A stretch of 64,000 nt of DNA from Lytechinus pictus (GCF_037042905.1 NC_087245.1:21454001-21518000); one strand, 5' to 3'. Positions 1-13,259 are shown, counted from the first letter of the stretch. Made by a program: numbers and translations. The notes: generated from the sequence alone by a model not told the origin.

Positions 1-438
1 CATTTCAGATATATAATCATAGACTTCAAAACCACATGTCACAGATTGAAGGAATGGAACAGTATTAAACTCAAGCCATCAAAATGTGACAATTACCTTG
101 GCACGCCAGCTCCTACATGTATTCAACTACATGTAGATCTCATTAAGATTTGGATTGAAATATTTTTCAGGAAATTTGCTGACAAATTAAAAGATGAACA
201 AGGGGATCATGTAACCAGAATCTGCAGAAAATAACCAATGTGGTCAAGTTGTTGGAAAATGGTAATACTGCTGAATGATCAAAATGACACATCAGTTTCA
301 TGATTAGCTTTATTTTTAGCTTATCTGTTGATTCCCTGCTGAACGAAAAGACCTTAACAGAGGACAGACATGAACTGTACATTCAACTTCATATCTTGCC
401 ATACCATGTTTGAAAACATAGTACTGTAGACTCCTATC

Positions 439-611
439 ATGAGCAACTTCAATACACCAGTGCCCAACGCCTCCCGCTCCGCGATCTCCTTGGGTGGAGA
501 ATGGCGCAATCGGGATCAGATGGAGGCCAACAAATACAAGATGAGTGGATTGACGGTCCTGAATAAAAAGAAAGCTGGGAAGGCTGCAGCAAAGGAAAAG
601 TCCAGACCAAG
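439..611 (+). CDS. FLACC1: First coding exon of coiled-coil gene (FLACC1/ALS2CR12-like), MSNFNTPVPN...KEKSRP(R)
   Basis: ATG at 439 with in-frame TAG at 427-429; donor AG|gtatat at 612; the phase 2 end joins the exon at 2447 in an open frame. A possible upstream acceptor at 169-170 suggests 5' UTR exons lie outside the window. Confidence 0.7.
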
Positions 612-2446
612 GTATATATCATAATCAAGACTGTCGTTTTAACATAGATCTATACTTGCTTTCCTTAAGCAAGAACTTATCCTGTGCTGCACTCACCGCA
701 GATGAAATTAATTAGAACCTCGCAAGAATATTCATTAAAAACGCAGAGTACTCTGCTTAAGCTAGGGTGATTATGCTGCATTAAAGTAGATTGTTAGGCA
801 GTGTTTACTATTTAAGCAGTATGTAAGCAGTTTAATTAGATCTAGAAATTCAATAATATTCTATAACCAGCAATAGACAAATTTTGAAAATACAGATTGA
901 TTCAAACCCGAATAACAACCTACATGTACATGTAGTTCCCATTCCGATAGTGATACCCGATTACTTTCTGCCCAGAGCGGCATAATATCTAGCAAAAAGT
1001 CTAATCTTGACTTTTTCAAATTCTGTACATGTACGCCTGCTTTATAATGTCCAAAATTATCTTAACACTGCACATGATCATTCACCAGTGTATTGTGTAC
1101 ATTTACCCATTTGCATGCATACACAAATACAATAAAGCCAAGATCTTCTATTCAAGTGTTGGGCAAGTCTGCTAGTGCCTCTTATGCAGGACTACAATAG
1201 GTTGCCAACAAAAGAAAAGGATTCTTCACTGAAGGCCGCTCTTGTTAGTCAACCCTTTTGTTTAATAGGACACTATTGAATTCTGAAGAGCATGTGTTTA
1301 TTATGTTGTTGAGGATACCCTGTTTAAGCTGGTGTATTAGAATACAAGTTAGTGGGAAAGCTATCAACATGCATTATTGACCCATTGGCTTTCCCCTGAG
1401 TGAAGTAAGGGAGAGCTTAATTTTAAATGATACACTCTTATTAAAGTATCTAGAGCTTCTATTGCACAACATTTTCATTAGGGAATTTCATTTGTCATAA
1501 GAATGCAAATGTTATAGCATATCATGCCAGTCCCTGTAAATATGGAATGACCGCTTTTTGCTCAAATGGATGAGTTCTACCTGCAAAATATATACCTTAC
1601 GTGTTCTTCAGCCAATCAATAATTATTGACAAAGTCCTATGTTACATCCACTGTACATGCCTGCAATGCAGTAGGCCAGATAAAGTAGATGTGTGCTGGT
1701 TTTCTACAGGCACCTTCTTCCAAGCCTATATTAATTTTGGTAAATTCTCAAAGTGTATGTCACTGTTCCAATTCATTCCTATTATGTGAATAACCTGTAT
1801 GCCCCATAACAGCTTCATATATGACATGGAATAAAGAATGTGTTTAATCAGATAAATTTGCAGATTGATTCATTTATATGATACTTCTCAAGTACATGAT
1901 GGGTGGGATGACAAACCTAATCTTTGTCTGTAGCTTTTATATCGAATAAGTAAATGATCATTGTACTATTGTTTAATAAAAATAGAAACATTTAGAGAGA
2001 GGGTGCTAGAAGCTAAATTTATAAATTTGAATTCTAACATCTGAATTAAAAAAGGTGTTTGATGACTACTGAACGTTTTGTAATCTCTGGATGATAGATG
2101 ATACACTGACTTGTAATTCACATTCAATTCAATTCAATCTTTATTTCGCAAATAGGATAAAAATACAAAGAAACATCAAATAATGTGATTAGATTATAAT
2201 AAAATAAATTGTGTGGCTTTCCATGAAGGTTATAAGATACCTGTAAGGCTTGATCGCCAAATAAGGCTGGATTGCCAATACCTGATCTTTCACCAAAGCT
2301 TTAAGATTGCCAGTCGAAGTTTATATACGTGTAATACTTGTACAAACTGCTTTTTACTGTAAACTCTGTTTCCTGAATGCATCACTGCCACTACTTTTAA
2401 TTTAATTTTCTTTCTTTTTAATAATTATTTTTCTGTTTACATGCAG

Positions 2447-2630
2447 ATCCACCCCCACAGCTGAAATACAGGAATGCGAGGAAGGAGAAGTGCCCAAAAG
2501 TGCGCCCCCTGGAGGCAGACAGAGATGCGGGAGAGTCAATGAAGTGGAGTCCCCTGAACCTACAGCACGCAAAACACTAGAAAATCACTTGCCATTGAAG
2601 AAGTTTGGGAGCGCTGGGAAACCAGATGAA
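2447..2630 (+). CDS. FLACC1: Coding exon (STPTAEIQECEEGEVPKSAPPGG...GKPDE)
   Basis: Polypyrimidine tract + atgcag acceptor; donor gtaaga at 2631; only one frame is open; phase 2 to 0. Confidence 0.8.
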
Positions 2631-2812
2631 GTAAGATTGGTCAAACTCAAATTACTTGAGCATCGACTGGACAGACTGTTCATATTTTGTCTATCTTGTT
2701 CCTGAAATCCCACTCATTTTATTCTTATTTTTATGAATTTTCACTATGTCTCTGTCGCCTCCCAAAAGAAAACTAAAATCATTTATGTGCGTCCTTGTTT
2801 TTTCTTCAACAG

Positions 2813-2848
2813 GATAAGGGCATTGTTTTGAGACGGCAAAGGCCAAAA
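2813..2848 (+). CDS. FLACC1: Candidate 36-nt exon (DKGIVLRRQRPK)
   Basis: Strong acceptor (cttgttttttcttcaacag), phase 0-0, gives RRQRPK|SGK on joining 3124; the donor gttggc is weak. Confidence 0.45.
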
Positions 2849-3123
2849 GTTGGCTTGGGACTGGGGTACGCAGCTAGAATCTTCGTACACTGTAGAATGA
2901 AGAAAAATATAGCATGGAGAACAATTGGAGGAAGAAAGAAGTACTTCTGGAAGTAGTTGAACGTCTTGATCAATGGACCTCTTCTTTCTTTCTTTTTTTT
3001 TTTTTTTGGGGGGGGGCTTTGCCTATGACATAAAATTTCAGCTTGGAAGAATAATTTGAATTCTACCATAGTTTTGTATGTGTATATGCATATGGAAACT
3101 GAAACATGCTATTTCCTTTATAG

Positions 3124-3248
3124 AGCGGGAAACAGTTTGACCTTGGGCCTGGAATGACAATGACGAAGTCAAGAAGTAAAGTAGCTGTCACAATCAACAC
3201 AGGGGGAGGAGATACACCGCCTCCAATCATTAGGAGATATGCAGAACC
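3124..3248 (+). CDS. FLACC1: Coding exon (SGKQFDLGPGMTMTKSRSKVAVTINTGG...YAEP)
   Basis: tttatag acceptor, gtaagt donor at 3249, phase 0 to 2. LGPGMTMTKSRSKVAVT resembles the recalled human FLACC1 segment VSPGYQLVRNREQISVT. Confidence 0.85.
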
Positions 3249-3304
3249 GTAAGTCACCATCAGTCCATATCCAGCAATCATTAATCTTTGTGCTATAGGG
3301 CCCG

Positions 3305-3521
3305 GGGACAATTTCATAAAGCTTTTTGTTAGATATGAATAACTTAACGTACAATTTTAGTGACCTGTTATTGTATACAGGGTGTATCCCAATTAAGTTG
3401 ACTTAGCGCCTATAAAGAAAATGTTCTAGCTCCTGTAAAGAACATGTTCTAGCTCCTGTAAAGAACATGTTCTAGTTGTGTGTATTGGATAACTTACAAA
3501 CATATTTATGAAACAATGACC
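3305..3521. mobile_element. Degenerate PIF/Harbinger-type MITE with an internal 23-bp tandem repeat; same family as 57379-57549, opposite orientation
   Basis: Ends gggacaatttcataaa / tttatgaaacaatgacc; unit taaagaacatgttctagctcctg repeated about 2.7 times at about 3413-3476. Confidence 0.6.
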
Positions 3522-3663
3522 CTGGAGGCCTTTTCAAAGAACCTGTTGTCAATTTCAATCTTTGATGGAATGGTATCTTATTGTCTGAAAAGTAATTCCT
3601 CTTGGTGTAAAGTCAGTAATGAAGTCTTTGTCGCTGATTGCCACTTTCCTTGAATAGGATCTG

Positions 3664-3785
3664 GGGCCTGTTACACATAGCTTAGCAATACATTTTTTTA
3701 AAGATTGATTGCATTGACCATAATGTACAATTAATCTTGAAAATCAAGCATACTGTTTATTTTTTAACCTTTGTGTTATAGGACC
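3664..3785. mobile_element. Short Harbinger-type MITE
   Basis: gggcctgttacaca ... tgtgttataggacc, flanked by CTG on both sides. Confidence 0.65.
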
Positions 3786-4209
3786 CTGATTATGAAACAA
3801 ATATTTGATAGCTGTTAATATTTTAATTAAAAGTGCAGCCTGTAGTATTGAAATGAATGTATCCTTTGAATGAATGTGAAGAACATTATATCCTCATAGA
3901 GTAATTTTAATACTGAAATTCTCATACATGTAGTTTGTTAAATTGACCAAGAAATCAATTTTCACTTCAGATGTATGGAAACTTGATTTTATGATTATTT
4001 TATGAATGCAGTCCATGATACATGTCGATATGGCACATCATTCTTTAGGAGTATATTTAGTTACACTTATAATCTATGAATAGTATAGTGTTGCAATTCT
4101 AATGGATTTTTTTCCTCTGTTTTCAAAGTTAAAAAATATTTCACTTGATTGTATTATGTAAAGATTGTCATAACTTTTCATTATTTTTCTTGATTTATGT
4201 ATTTTTTAG

Positions 4210-4236
4210 AACACAGTCTGTTGGCGACCCGGCAAA
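4210..4236 (+). CDS. FLACC1: 27-nt microexon (TQSVGDPA)
   Basis: T-rich tract + ttttag acceptor, donor gtgagt at 4237, symmetric phase 2-2, open frame. Confidence 0.7.
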
Positions 4237-6706
4237 GTGAGTATATTTTTCTTGCATGTATTTTTTAAAATGAATGATATGAGTTAGATTGGTTTGGGAA
4301 AAATGAATAATTGGAGTATCATAGTATGATTTTTCTTTTCAGGCCTGATATTAAAAAATAAAAAGAATTCTATAGAGTGCTGACTTATAGTGATTTTACT
4401 CATATCAAACGCAGGACGAGGAAAGGTTATGCAGGATTCAGAAATGTGCTTTATGTACATTTCCTCTTTTGGATGTACCAGTACTTTGAAAGACATCTAA
4501 ATCAGGGTTTGATCATATTCCCTACCTTGGGGGTGTTTCACAAAGATTAAAAATATGTTGATGCATAATCTAATTGATGGATATGCGGTAGTGTGCGTCC
4601 TGTGCATATGATCTGACCGATATGGTGATGCATTATATACCTCATGCAATGAAGAGTCGAATTGCAATTTTTCAGTCAGACTTGAATCTTTGTGAAACAC
4701 CCTCAGATTTGCTAAAAGTGTTCAAACTTTTAGTTTGCAACTTTACAGTGTCTTTTCATTTAGCTGCATTGCACTGATTGACAATTCTCATTTATGTTGC
4801 ATGATATCAAATATTAATTTAGATACAATGTATGCAAAATTATGTCAATTGATTACAAACCCATACAAGCTTGCATAGCGAGAATTAATCTGATGGCTTG
4901 ATTAATATTTGATGTGCTAAGAAATTTTGGTCTTCAAATCCTTGTAGAACACTCATGAGCATAAATTTTTAAATTTATTCTTTATCAGAAAGCAATAAGA
5001 AAAAGAGAGAATTGATTTGTAAATTTACCACTGGAATTCCAGAGGTAAATAGTTTTAAGAATAAACAGTGGAAGTAACCCTTTTTTTTTAAATAATTTTT
5101 GTTCTGTGCCAAATGTTTTTAGAAGTAGTATTAACTTGCATGCTGACATTTAACCCTGATATTCTTTTGCATGGATGTTCACACTTCTGTTTTTGTTCTA
5201 CTTTATTTTGTTTTATCTTCCCCTTTGTTTTTTTCCTGTGTTGATTGTTCACAGCAAACCAAAGACATAACCCCCCAATCACAAACCTAAGAATAGGGAA
5301 TGGGAACATGTGTGTTGGTTGATATCTAGATAACTGTAGATAGTGTGCTTAGTTGTAAGAGTAGTTAATTATTTAATAGATTGTAATAGTGATATAATGC
5401 TAAAACCCTGTGATTATAGTAATTAACTGATAATGTAGAATTTCAAATAGATTATTAATAGACAGTAGGGATAGAAAGTCCAGGGAAAGAATTATCATTA
5501 AAAGGCTCTGTGGCTAGTAATTGGTATTTATATATGAATGTACTGTATTCTCACAAACTTTTCAGCTATCCCAGACAGGTGTGAAATTACAGAGTATAAA
5601 TGTTATCCCTTTTACATCATTTGTGGGTCTTAAACAGTAATGGTATTCAAATTTTAATAGTTACATCTGAATGCTAGTCAGAAATCGAAAAATAAATGGA
5701 ACTTCTATCCTTATCCAAAGATTTATCCCACATTGATTTCAGTATTTGCATATAATATCATGGCAGAATTGATATTCAAAATACTCAAGAGTACAATATA
5801 AGATACATTGTATCATACTAAGAAACAATTTAGTGATTGAATTTGGTCTTGCGTTTTGTAACTCATTATATAGCTTAGATAGAATCATATTTAACCCATT
5901 GAAAGAATTTTAGAAAGTGAAGAGGAGAAAGGGAGGCTTTTGTGAAACAAGCTTTAATAGAAGAAAGCTTTGATATTTACAAATATGAATTGTATAAGAA
6001 AAAAAAATTATTCAGGAATTTAAAAAAACTGAGAAATTTTTAATCCTAAAAACCTTTCTTCAAATTCCAACCCCACCCAATACCTCCACTTAGATTTCAA
6101 AGGGTTTACATTTAATATTCCTTGAGAATGTGTTTTGTAGGTAGGAATGTTATAATAGATGTCTACGCAAAGTTTCACTGGCATCTCAGTTTATATCAAG
6201 ATTCTGTAAATAGCATAGGTACATTGTATTTGGTGTTGGGATGGTGTATAATTAAAAGGTGATTAATATGTTTTCAAATTAAGTTTATTCCTGATGTTGG
6301 TATTTGAGGTTATTGATTTCTTTTAATATAAGAACTACTCTTGAACATTGCTGAAGCATCTCATTTTAAGGGCTGTTTCATTGCTATTTTAGCTTTAATA
6401 ACATGGTTAAATCGGTGCAACTTTATATAAAATATTTTTTCTTAAACTAAGTTATGTATTACAAAATTTTGCAACATCTCATTTTGTGATTAACTCTTAA
6501 AAGTGATTCCCAAACTCAAAGATATTTAATGTAGATATCAGGGGGTAAAATGTAGATTTTGAAGGCTTCCCTGTAGCATTTTTAGCATATAGAAGGAGTG
6601 GCGTTTTCATCGCATCGCGTGGAACTGACCCCAAGTTATTATCAAGGTAGTTACCTGTGTGGCATGGCCCGCCTTGTAGAGTCACTAGAACTGGTTTGCT
6701 GTCCTG

Positions 6707-6924
6707 GGCCCTGTTTCACAAATTAGTGATTCATAATTAATTCCCAATTGCATTGTATCTATCACTAAAAATATTCACTTTCTATATTTTGATTGGATAG
6801 GCACAATTATTAAGTCACTGCTTCCTGAACAAGTTGCCAGAATAATGTTGATTAATGTTGATTTATCATCAAAATTGTACAAATTTTGCAATTTTTTGTA
6901 GCAGTGTTTTATGAAACAGGGCCC
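6707..6924. mobile_element. Harbinger-type MITE
   Basis: TIR ggccctgtttca / tgaaacagggcc, CTG on both flanks. Confidence 0.75.
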
Positions 6925-8604
6925 CTGCACCTAGATTTCTCAGCATGTATCAAGTGTGTCTCCCTTCCCCATCCTTTCCACAATACCACATACACCTTTT
7001 TTCACCCCTCCCCTTGTTCCGTCTAACAGCATCCCTTAAAAAAAATTATAAAAATGAAGAAAAAAATGTAGGGTTGTCAAGTATGCTAACTTTTCTGTCT
7101 TCCCCTTTTCACTTTATCCACTTGCACTAATTTTATCATTTGTTTGTTCAACATAACCTAATGAGTTAAGTCCGTTCCACCTCTAGATAACTGATTTCTT
7201 GGGTTTGTGATTTGTGGGAATGTCATGGTTATATACTATTAAAGGCATGATTGTCTGCATGCCCCTTGATCCCTCTGCTCTGCATATTAAAAAAAAATCA
7301 TAATCATTAGTGAAGTAATGAACATGTGTTTGACATTTGGACAATATTTTGATTTGTAACACTTTGATTTTCCCAGGAACATGTACTGATATTCCAAGTT
7401 GATAATATCCTCTTAAATGCTGTGAATTTTCATTTTTATGTTCCTCTCTGGACAAGGTTTAATAAATGGATTTGTGTCCTGTGTTGTACCTGTGGGTACA
7501 TGTAAATACATGAATTGTATCTTGTCTTCTCCTGGGTTAAGGATTTTTTTTTAAATACTGTTAGTCCAAGCTTGAAATTTAAGTGTGATTATTTATCTGT
7601 ACTGTATTTTACAAAACATGTACATGTATTGCTAATGGTGCTGTCCAAAGATTGCATGTTGGTCTAAGAAAACAAGGTTTATTGATAGCTGTTGCGAATA
7701 GAATGAGAGGAAATTAACACCAACAAGATGAAACAAAAACTTTTGCTTAAGTGTATCGGCAACAGAATATGAAACTTAAAAAGCTCAGGTGTGACAGCAT
7801 TTTCAAAAGCTCCAAAGACTTACATGTATACGTTTGATAAACAGATTCCAATGAGATTATTGGTATTAATGTAACTGAAATCCTAGTTCTAGCACCTGTT
7901 TTATTTCAAGTTTGGTGCTGTGGCTGGCGTAAAAAAAATCAGCCCAAGATCAATACCAGTTAACACCAAACTTGAAATCATCTGTTTTAGTTTACTTGAT
8001 GATAACGCTGAACATTGATTCCAGGATGAGCTTGTCATTAAGAAGGGCACTCAGTGGGTTCCTTGCCAGCTTTCTAACTGTGTCACTTGTTGGCCAGGAT
8101 GATCTTGCAGATGACCTACTACCTCTATTGTTTGAGGTGGATTAAAGTAGCAGATGACAAGATTATCTGCATGTACATCTATTATTGAATGATGTTTTAA
8201 AAAATAGTGCTGAGCATCTGAATAGACCAATGGAAAAAATAACGGATCTTATTTGGACATACACGTACCAGAATAATTAAATTATTGATATAATCCTGTC
8301 ATCCTGATGTTATGAACAACACTTATCCATAAAGTCTTGATTTCACTGTTAATTTCAGATATCGGTAGGTGTCCCTTATTTCAATTATCATAGTATTGCT
8401 AATAAATGTAGTTTATATCTGTGAATTGGTATCTACATGTATGATGAAAGCTTTAAGATTTTTTCTTTAATTATTTCTCTCATTTTCTCTCCTTCCTGTA
8501 ACCTAACCCTTCATCGTATTTCCGTAATCAAATTAATATCTCTCTACTTTCTATGCTTTATGATTGCATTATAACTTTGTCAATATCCTCTGCAAAATTT
8601 GAAG

Positions 8605-8841
8605 GCCTCAATTATTGGCCAATTTAAGAGGTCCCATAAACAGTGGGCACAGTAAACATTGGTCAGACAGGAGTTCCTCAGGGTTCGGCTCAAACTCCCT
8701 TTTGGGTAGCAGTAGTCTGCTCCCTCCCCATACCACTTCCCCACACACTTCCCCTACCCTTGACAGAAAGCTTGAGACTATCCCTGCAGGGGTGACCTTC
8801 ATGGCAAGGTCCTCCAGCCCCTCCATTGCAATGTCAGCTCA
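8605..8841 (+). CDS. FLACC1: 237-nt Ser/Pro-rich cassette exon (PQLLANLRGPINSGHSKHWSDRSSSG...IAMSA)
   Basis: Open frame in an island of higher GC, donor gtaagt at 8842, symmetric phase 2-2; the acceptor (tttgaag) is weaker, with a pyrimidine-rich region upstream. Confidence 0.6.
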
Positions 8842-8921
8842 GTAAGTATGATATGTTCTTCGATGTACATGTATGTGGGCATGAGCTGTCATGAATATTC
8901 ATCAGCATGAATTTTGATCAG

Positions 8922-9219
8922 GGGACTGTTTCATAAGTATTGTGCGATCATGGTAACTTTGCCATCATGCATGGTCCCGTAACACCAAGGTTAGCAATTA
9001 ATCGTATGCTTGATTTTTATGATTGATTTGCATTGTAGTCAGTGCAATAAATTGTTTTTTATATTATTAATCGCTTAATACCTGTTTTGTTACGGGACCA
9101 TGGTATAATAGGCTCAGCACCCAGTCATGATAAAACTTTCTGGGGTACATGTTTTTGTGGTACATGTGTACATGTAGTGATGATGTTACCATGATGGAAG
9201 ATCTTTATGAAACAGGTCC
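8922..9219. mobile_element. Harbinger-type MITE containing a nested MITE at about 8973-9099
   Basis: Outer gggactgtttcataa / ttatgaaacaggtcc with CAG TSD; inner TIR ggtcccgtaac / gttacgggacc. Confidence 0.7.
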
Positions 9220-10422
9220 CAGATTGTTGCATACATGTATAAATGCTTTATTAGTGCAAAACTAGTTTTAATCATGGAGGAAAAACTGCTTTGATATATA
9301 TTGGCTGCATAAATGTGTACTGATATACTTTGAACTTTGAATAAAAAGTGGATGGGTCTTGACACTTTCTTCATTTCAGAACATGCCATTTTATTTACTT
9401 TTGCATGAGCTTAATATTCATGAGAAAGCATGTGTTTCCTATGTATAGAGTAGCTTCATGTTTTTAATTTCATTTTGCATGATCATCTTCATTTTGATTG
9501 TCTATCCCTTTTGATACATGTATCCGGCTCTTCATTAAGAAAAAAAGAAAACCCTGTAAAACTTAATTCACTCAAAAAATCATACAGAGCAATGAGAGAA
9601 AGGAGATGCTATGACACTAGGGATAAGAAATAAATTTACAAATAAGTTGTGATATTATAATCTGGAAATGATTTTTATTTGACACAGTTCTTCATAATGA
9701 CTTGATAAAACAGAAAAATTTGTGAAACATACTGTATTTAGTGAATAAAAGGGTTATATTTTTTTCTAAATTCATAAAAGTAATGTTACATGACATTCAT
9801 GTGTAGAGGAACTTTGCCCACGTCAAGTCACAAAATATATGAAAACTTTCAGAACATTCGTATTTCTTTCATTCTTATTTGCTAACTTTAAAAGTAAAAT
9901 CATCTTTTTATGATTAATTTCTCCCTCTATTTAAGAACTTATTAAATCATATTACACACTTACTTGTACCACCATATTCTTTTATCAATGATTCAGATTA
10001 ATATTTAAAAAGTTTATCATTTTTTATTCATGACTTGCCAAAAGTGCTGTTTGACACACTTCCATTTCTTCATATGATAACCAAAATTTCATATTTTGCA
10101 AACTTCATAGAACTTCATGTACAGCTACATCTAAATTTAACTTAGCAAATATATACACATGGCATACTGGGTACATATTATTAATTGCATCGCATCTGTT
10201 TATTTTCATGTATTTAGCACTGGCCTGAATATTCATTGTGAAACTTTCAGTTTATCACTACATCTTAATTATATAATTTTATGAACATAGATGTTGCTGA
10301 TTCATTGGTGTACAGTGTATATTTGTATGTTTAGACTTGTATCAATGTGAGTCAGCATGCTAGTATACTGCCCCTGATATGAGTCCTACATGTACCTGAA
10401 AAGCTTTATGGAGGGCATATAA

Positions 10423-10943
10423 AGGCCACCGCACACCGATTTTGGAACAAATCGCATTTTGCTCATTTTCTGAAAATGTGAATGGAACATATCATTTTAT
10501 TTGAGGTTGAAATTGAAAGAATACTAATATAAACTTTTTGAAAGATTGCAAGCCTTTATTTTGGAGTAAAGGCCAAATTAGTTTCAAATCGTAGCCAATC
10601 GTACGACTGCTAATACCTTGGTCACATTTGTTCTACGGCGGCCGTACAGCGAGTCGAAAACAGCCGTTTTATCAATTTTGATTCAAACCACCTATATATG
10701 TAGTTGGACAAAAAATGTTAAAACGGCTGTTTTCGACTCGCCGTAGAACAAATGTGACCGTGGCATAAGACATCATTATGACTTTTATTAAATTAGCTTT
10801 TATCAGATTTGAACATAGGTATTCGTACGATGATTTAGAACATTACACAGTAAGATATTCCAAGTCTCAATATTAGCATCACATTCTACTACATTTTATT
10901 CTGAAATCAGGTCGCAGACCAATCGTAAGGTGTGCAGTCGCCT
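10423..10943. mobile_element. Harbinger-type non-autonomous element
   Basis: TIR aggccaccgcacacc / ggtgtgcagtcgcct, TAA TSD (10420-10422, 10944-10946). Confidence 0.8.
10614..10765. mobile_element. Foldback MITE nested in the 10423-10943 element
   Basis: Long inverted arms (ggtcacatttgttctacggcg...gagtcgaaaacagccgtttt), TAA TSD (10611-10613, 10766-10768). Confidence 0.85.
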
Positions 10944-12698
10944 TAACAATTCATCTGATTTCCATCAATACAAGTGTTTTATTTTGGCATTGGGTAGATT
11001 GGGAAAAGGTGCTACATATACTCTCTCTTTCATCTTTTCCTTAATATTCATTTACAATTGAAGTTTTCCTGCAAAAAATCAAAAGAATATTTAGATTTTC
11101 GAATGGAAATATATCTTATTTACCTATATGTACACGTATGAGCAATGCAATATTAAAAAAAGAGTTTACACCCTTTATGATGAATCATCACACTACATGG
11201 GTCTTCATATTACTGTAATATCGATTTTGGAATATTAATGCATGTTCCATTGCAAATCTTTGGATTTCTTAATTACATGTATACGTTGATTTGTTTATAC
11301 ATCAAAGTCAATAATTGAAAGCTACCAACTACTTCTTTATCCCATCGATGTACAGGTGAATATTGGGATAAGGGTTAGGAGTTAAAACTGTTTTGATGGG
11401 TTGGGATTTGCTCTGTTTGTACATGAAGATTCACCAGCTTTGATCAGTGAATTTTATAGTCCTTAAGTTGTACCATGTTAACATTATCATGTGAATTGCC
11501 CATATTTCATAATATATTTACAACATGCTTATAATACCCTGTTCATACTGAATATCATGTGTGCCTGGAATATTGAAATAATGTGTAATGTACATGTGTA
11601 TACTATTTGTGAAGACCATATTCCAAATACCACTCTTCTGTTATGGAGCAGTTATCACCTTTTCACAATGTTTGTTTCAATGTTGTGATTATCTGTGCTT
11701 TTGGTGTTTGTTTTAAATCCTTTTTATTTTGAAGACCATTGATTCATTTAATAATAATAAAAAATTAGTCTCTTGCTTAATTGAAAAACAACTGCTTATC
11801 AATAATTTCACTATTAAAGAAGTGCAAATTTTTAAAGAAAAAAAATCCTTTTCCAAATATAAACTAACACTACATGTATTTGTTTGCATGTGCAGTAAAT
11901 GTTACCATATTACTTTTTCCTCATAACGTTTGACCCTTGTTCCAGATTTACTGGTCCTTATGGTCTGTGACCCTCAGTGTATACATTATGATTGGCATTT
12001 GTCAATCATCTTCAGTTTTATGGGTAATGAACCCAATAATGGATTTTATGAATAATGGTCCTTATCATTGATATCCTCAGGGTGAATTATGAATAGCCAC
12101 TCTCGTCTTTCATGTGGACCTATGAATAATTGCATGTATGACCTTATAAGTATGGATTCCCTTTCCATTTTATGACCAGTATAGGAACTTGAAGAGAAAT
12201 TCCAGTAGTTGCAGTAAACACTGATTTCATGAGAAAGTCTGTAAAACAAGGCTTAATTGTCAGTATATCTTCGAGGATCTAGATTTAGTACAGTTACATA
12301 AACTGAACTTCGTGAAATCTTGAAATCTACGCTGAAAAATGTTCAGACTGAAGATCCCAAACACAGATAAGCGCACGTGGGACAGTGTATAATTGTTGCT
12401 TTGAATGTCGTGCCCGACGCTCTACCCGAATCCTGTGCTTATTTGCTGATTTCTCAGCAATTACACAATTTCTTCCAGAATCCTTTGGCACATACGTTTT
12501 ATTTATACAAACAGACACTTTGGTGGTCATTTCATTGGATTCTGTACGAACTCATTTTGATATCGTTACCAAAACTAGCATTTACCTTTAAACATCAGAA
12601 TGAGCGGACTTGATTCATTGTATTTTAACACCAACAATAATGTTTAATACCAGACAAATTGAATTATCAGAAATTTTTATTTTTTTCATTTGTTGTAG

Positions 12699-12792
12699 AG
12701 ATGCACTTATAGCCCAACTACAACAACAAGTCTCTGATCTCACCCTCTATCTGGAAGAAGAAAGGCTGAACCACAAGACTAGCAAAGAAAAG
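12699..12792 (+). CDS. FLACC1: Coding exon (DALIAQLQQQVSDLTLYLEEERLNHKTSKEK), start of coiled coil
   Basis: ttgtag acceptor, gtgaga donor, phase 2 to 0; resembles the recalled human segment NIISDLEEQISELT. Confidence 0.9.
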
Positions 12793-13259
12793 GTGAGATA
12801 GTTTTTAATGTTACTTTCATTTTTTCATCTTCTATTTTAGGCCTTTGACCAAGTTCATGTAAATGTTTGCAATGAATACCAAGGAATTGTATTGAGAAAA
12901 AGTCTTAATTTATCAAAAAGTATCACAGGAGCACTTTATAGGCTTGTCACATTGCACCTTTCCCCTTATCTCGCAATCAAATAGTGTATGCATACTGAGG
13001 ATAATTAGAATTTCAGAGAATTATATCAACAGGTATCCATATATATGTGAATAAAAGTATACATACATGCACATGTTCATCATTGGAAAGCATTGAGAAA
13101 TGTTCAATATTTCTTGATGAAAATTGAAAGGTAATGTGGGTTAAAAATAATAAATATAAAAGTTTGCTTTGTAAAATAATCACAAGAGATAGATATTATA
13201 TGAGGATATTGTTCAACTTGTCAGAACAAAACAAAAAACATATAATTTTCATAATGTTC

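Noticed and set aside
2120..2150. (TTCAA)n plus TTTATT, a possible LINE 3' tail on the - strand
   Set aside because: Too short, and no upstream ORF2 remnant was recognisable.
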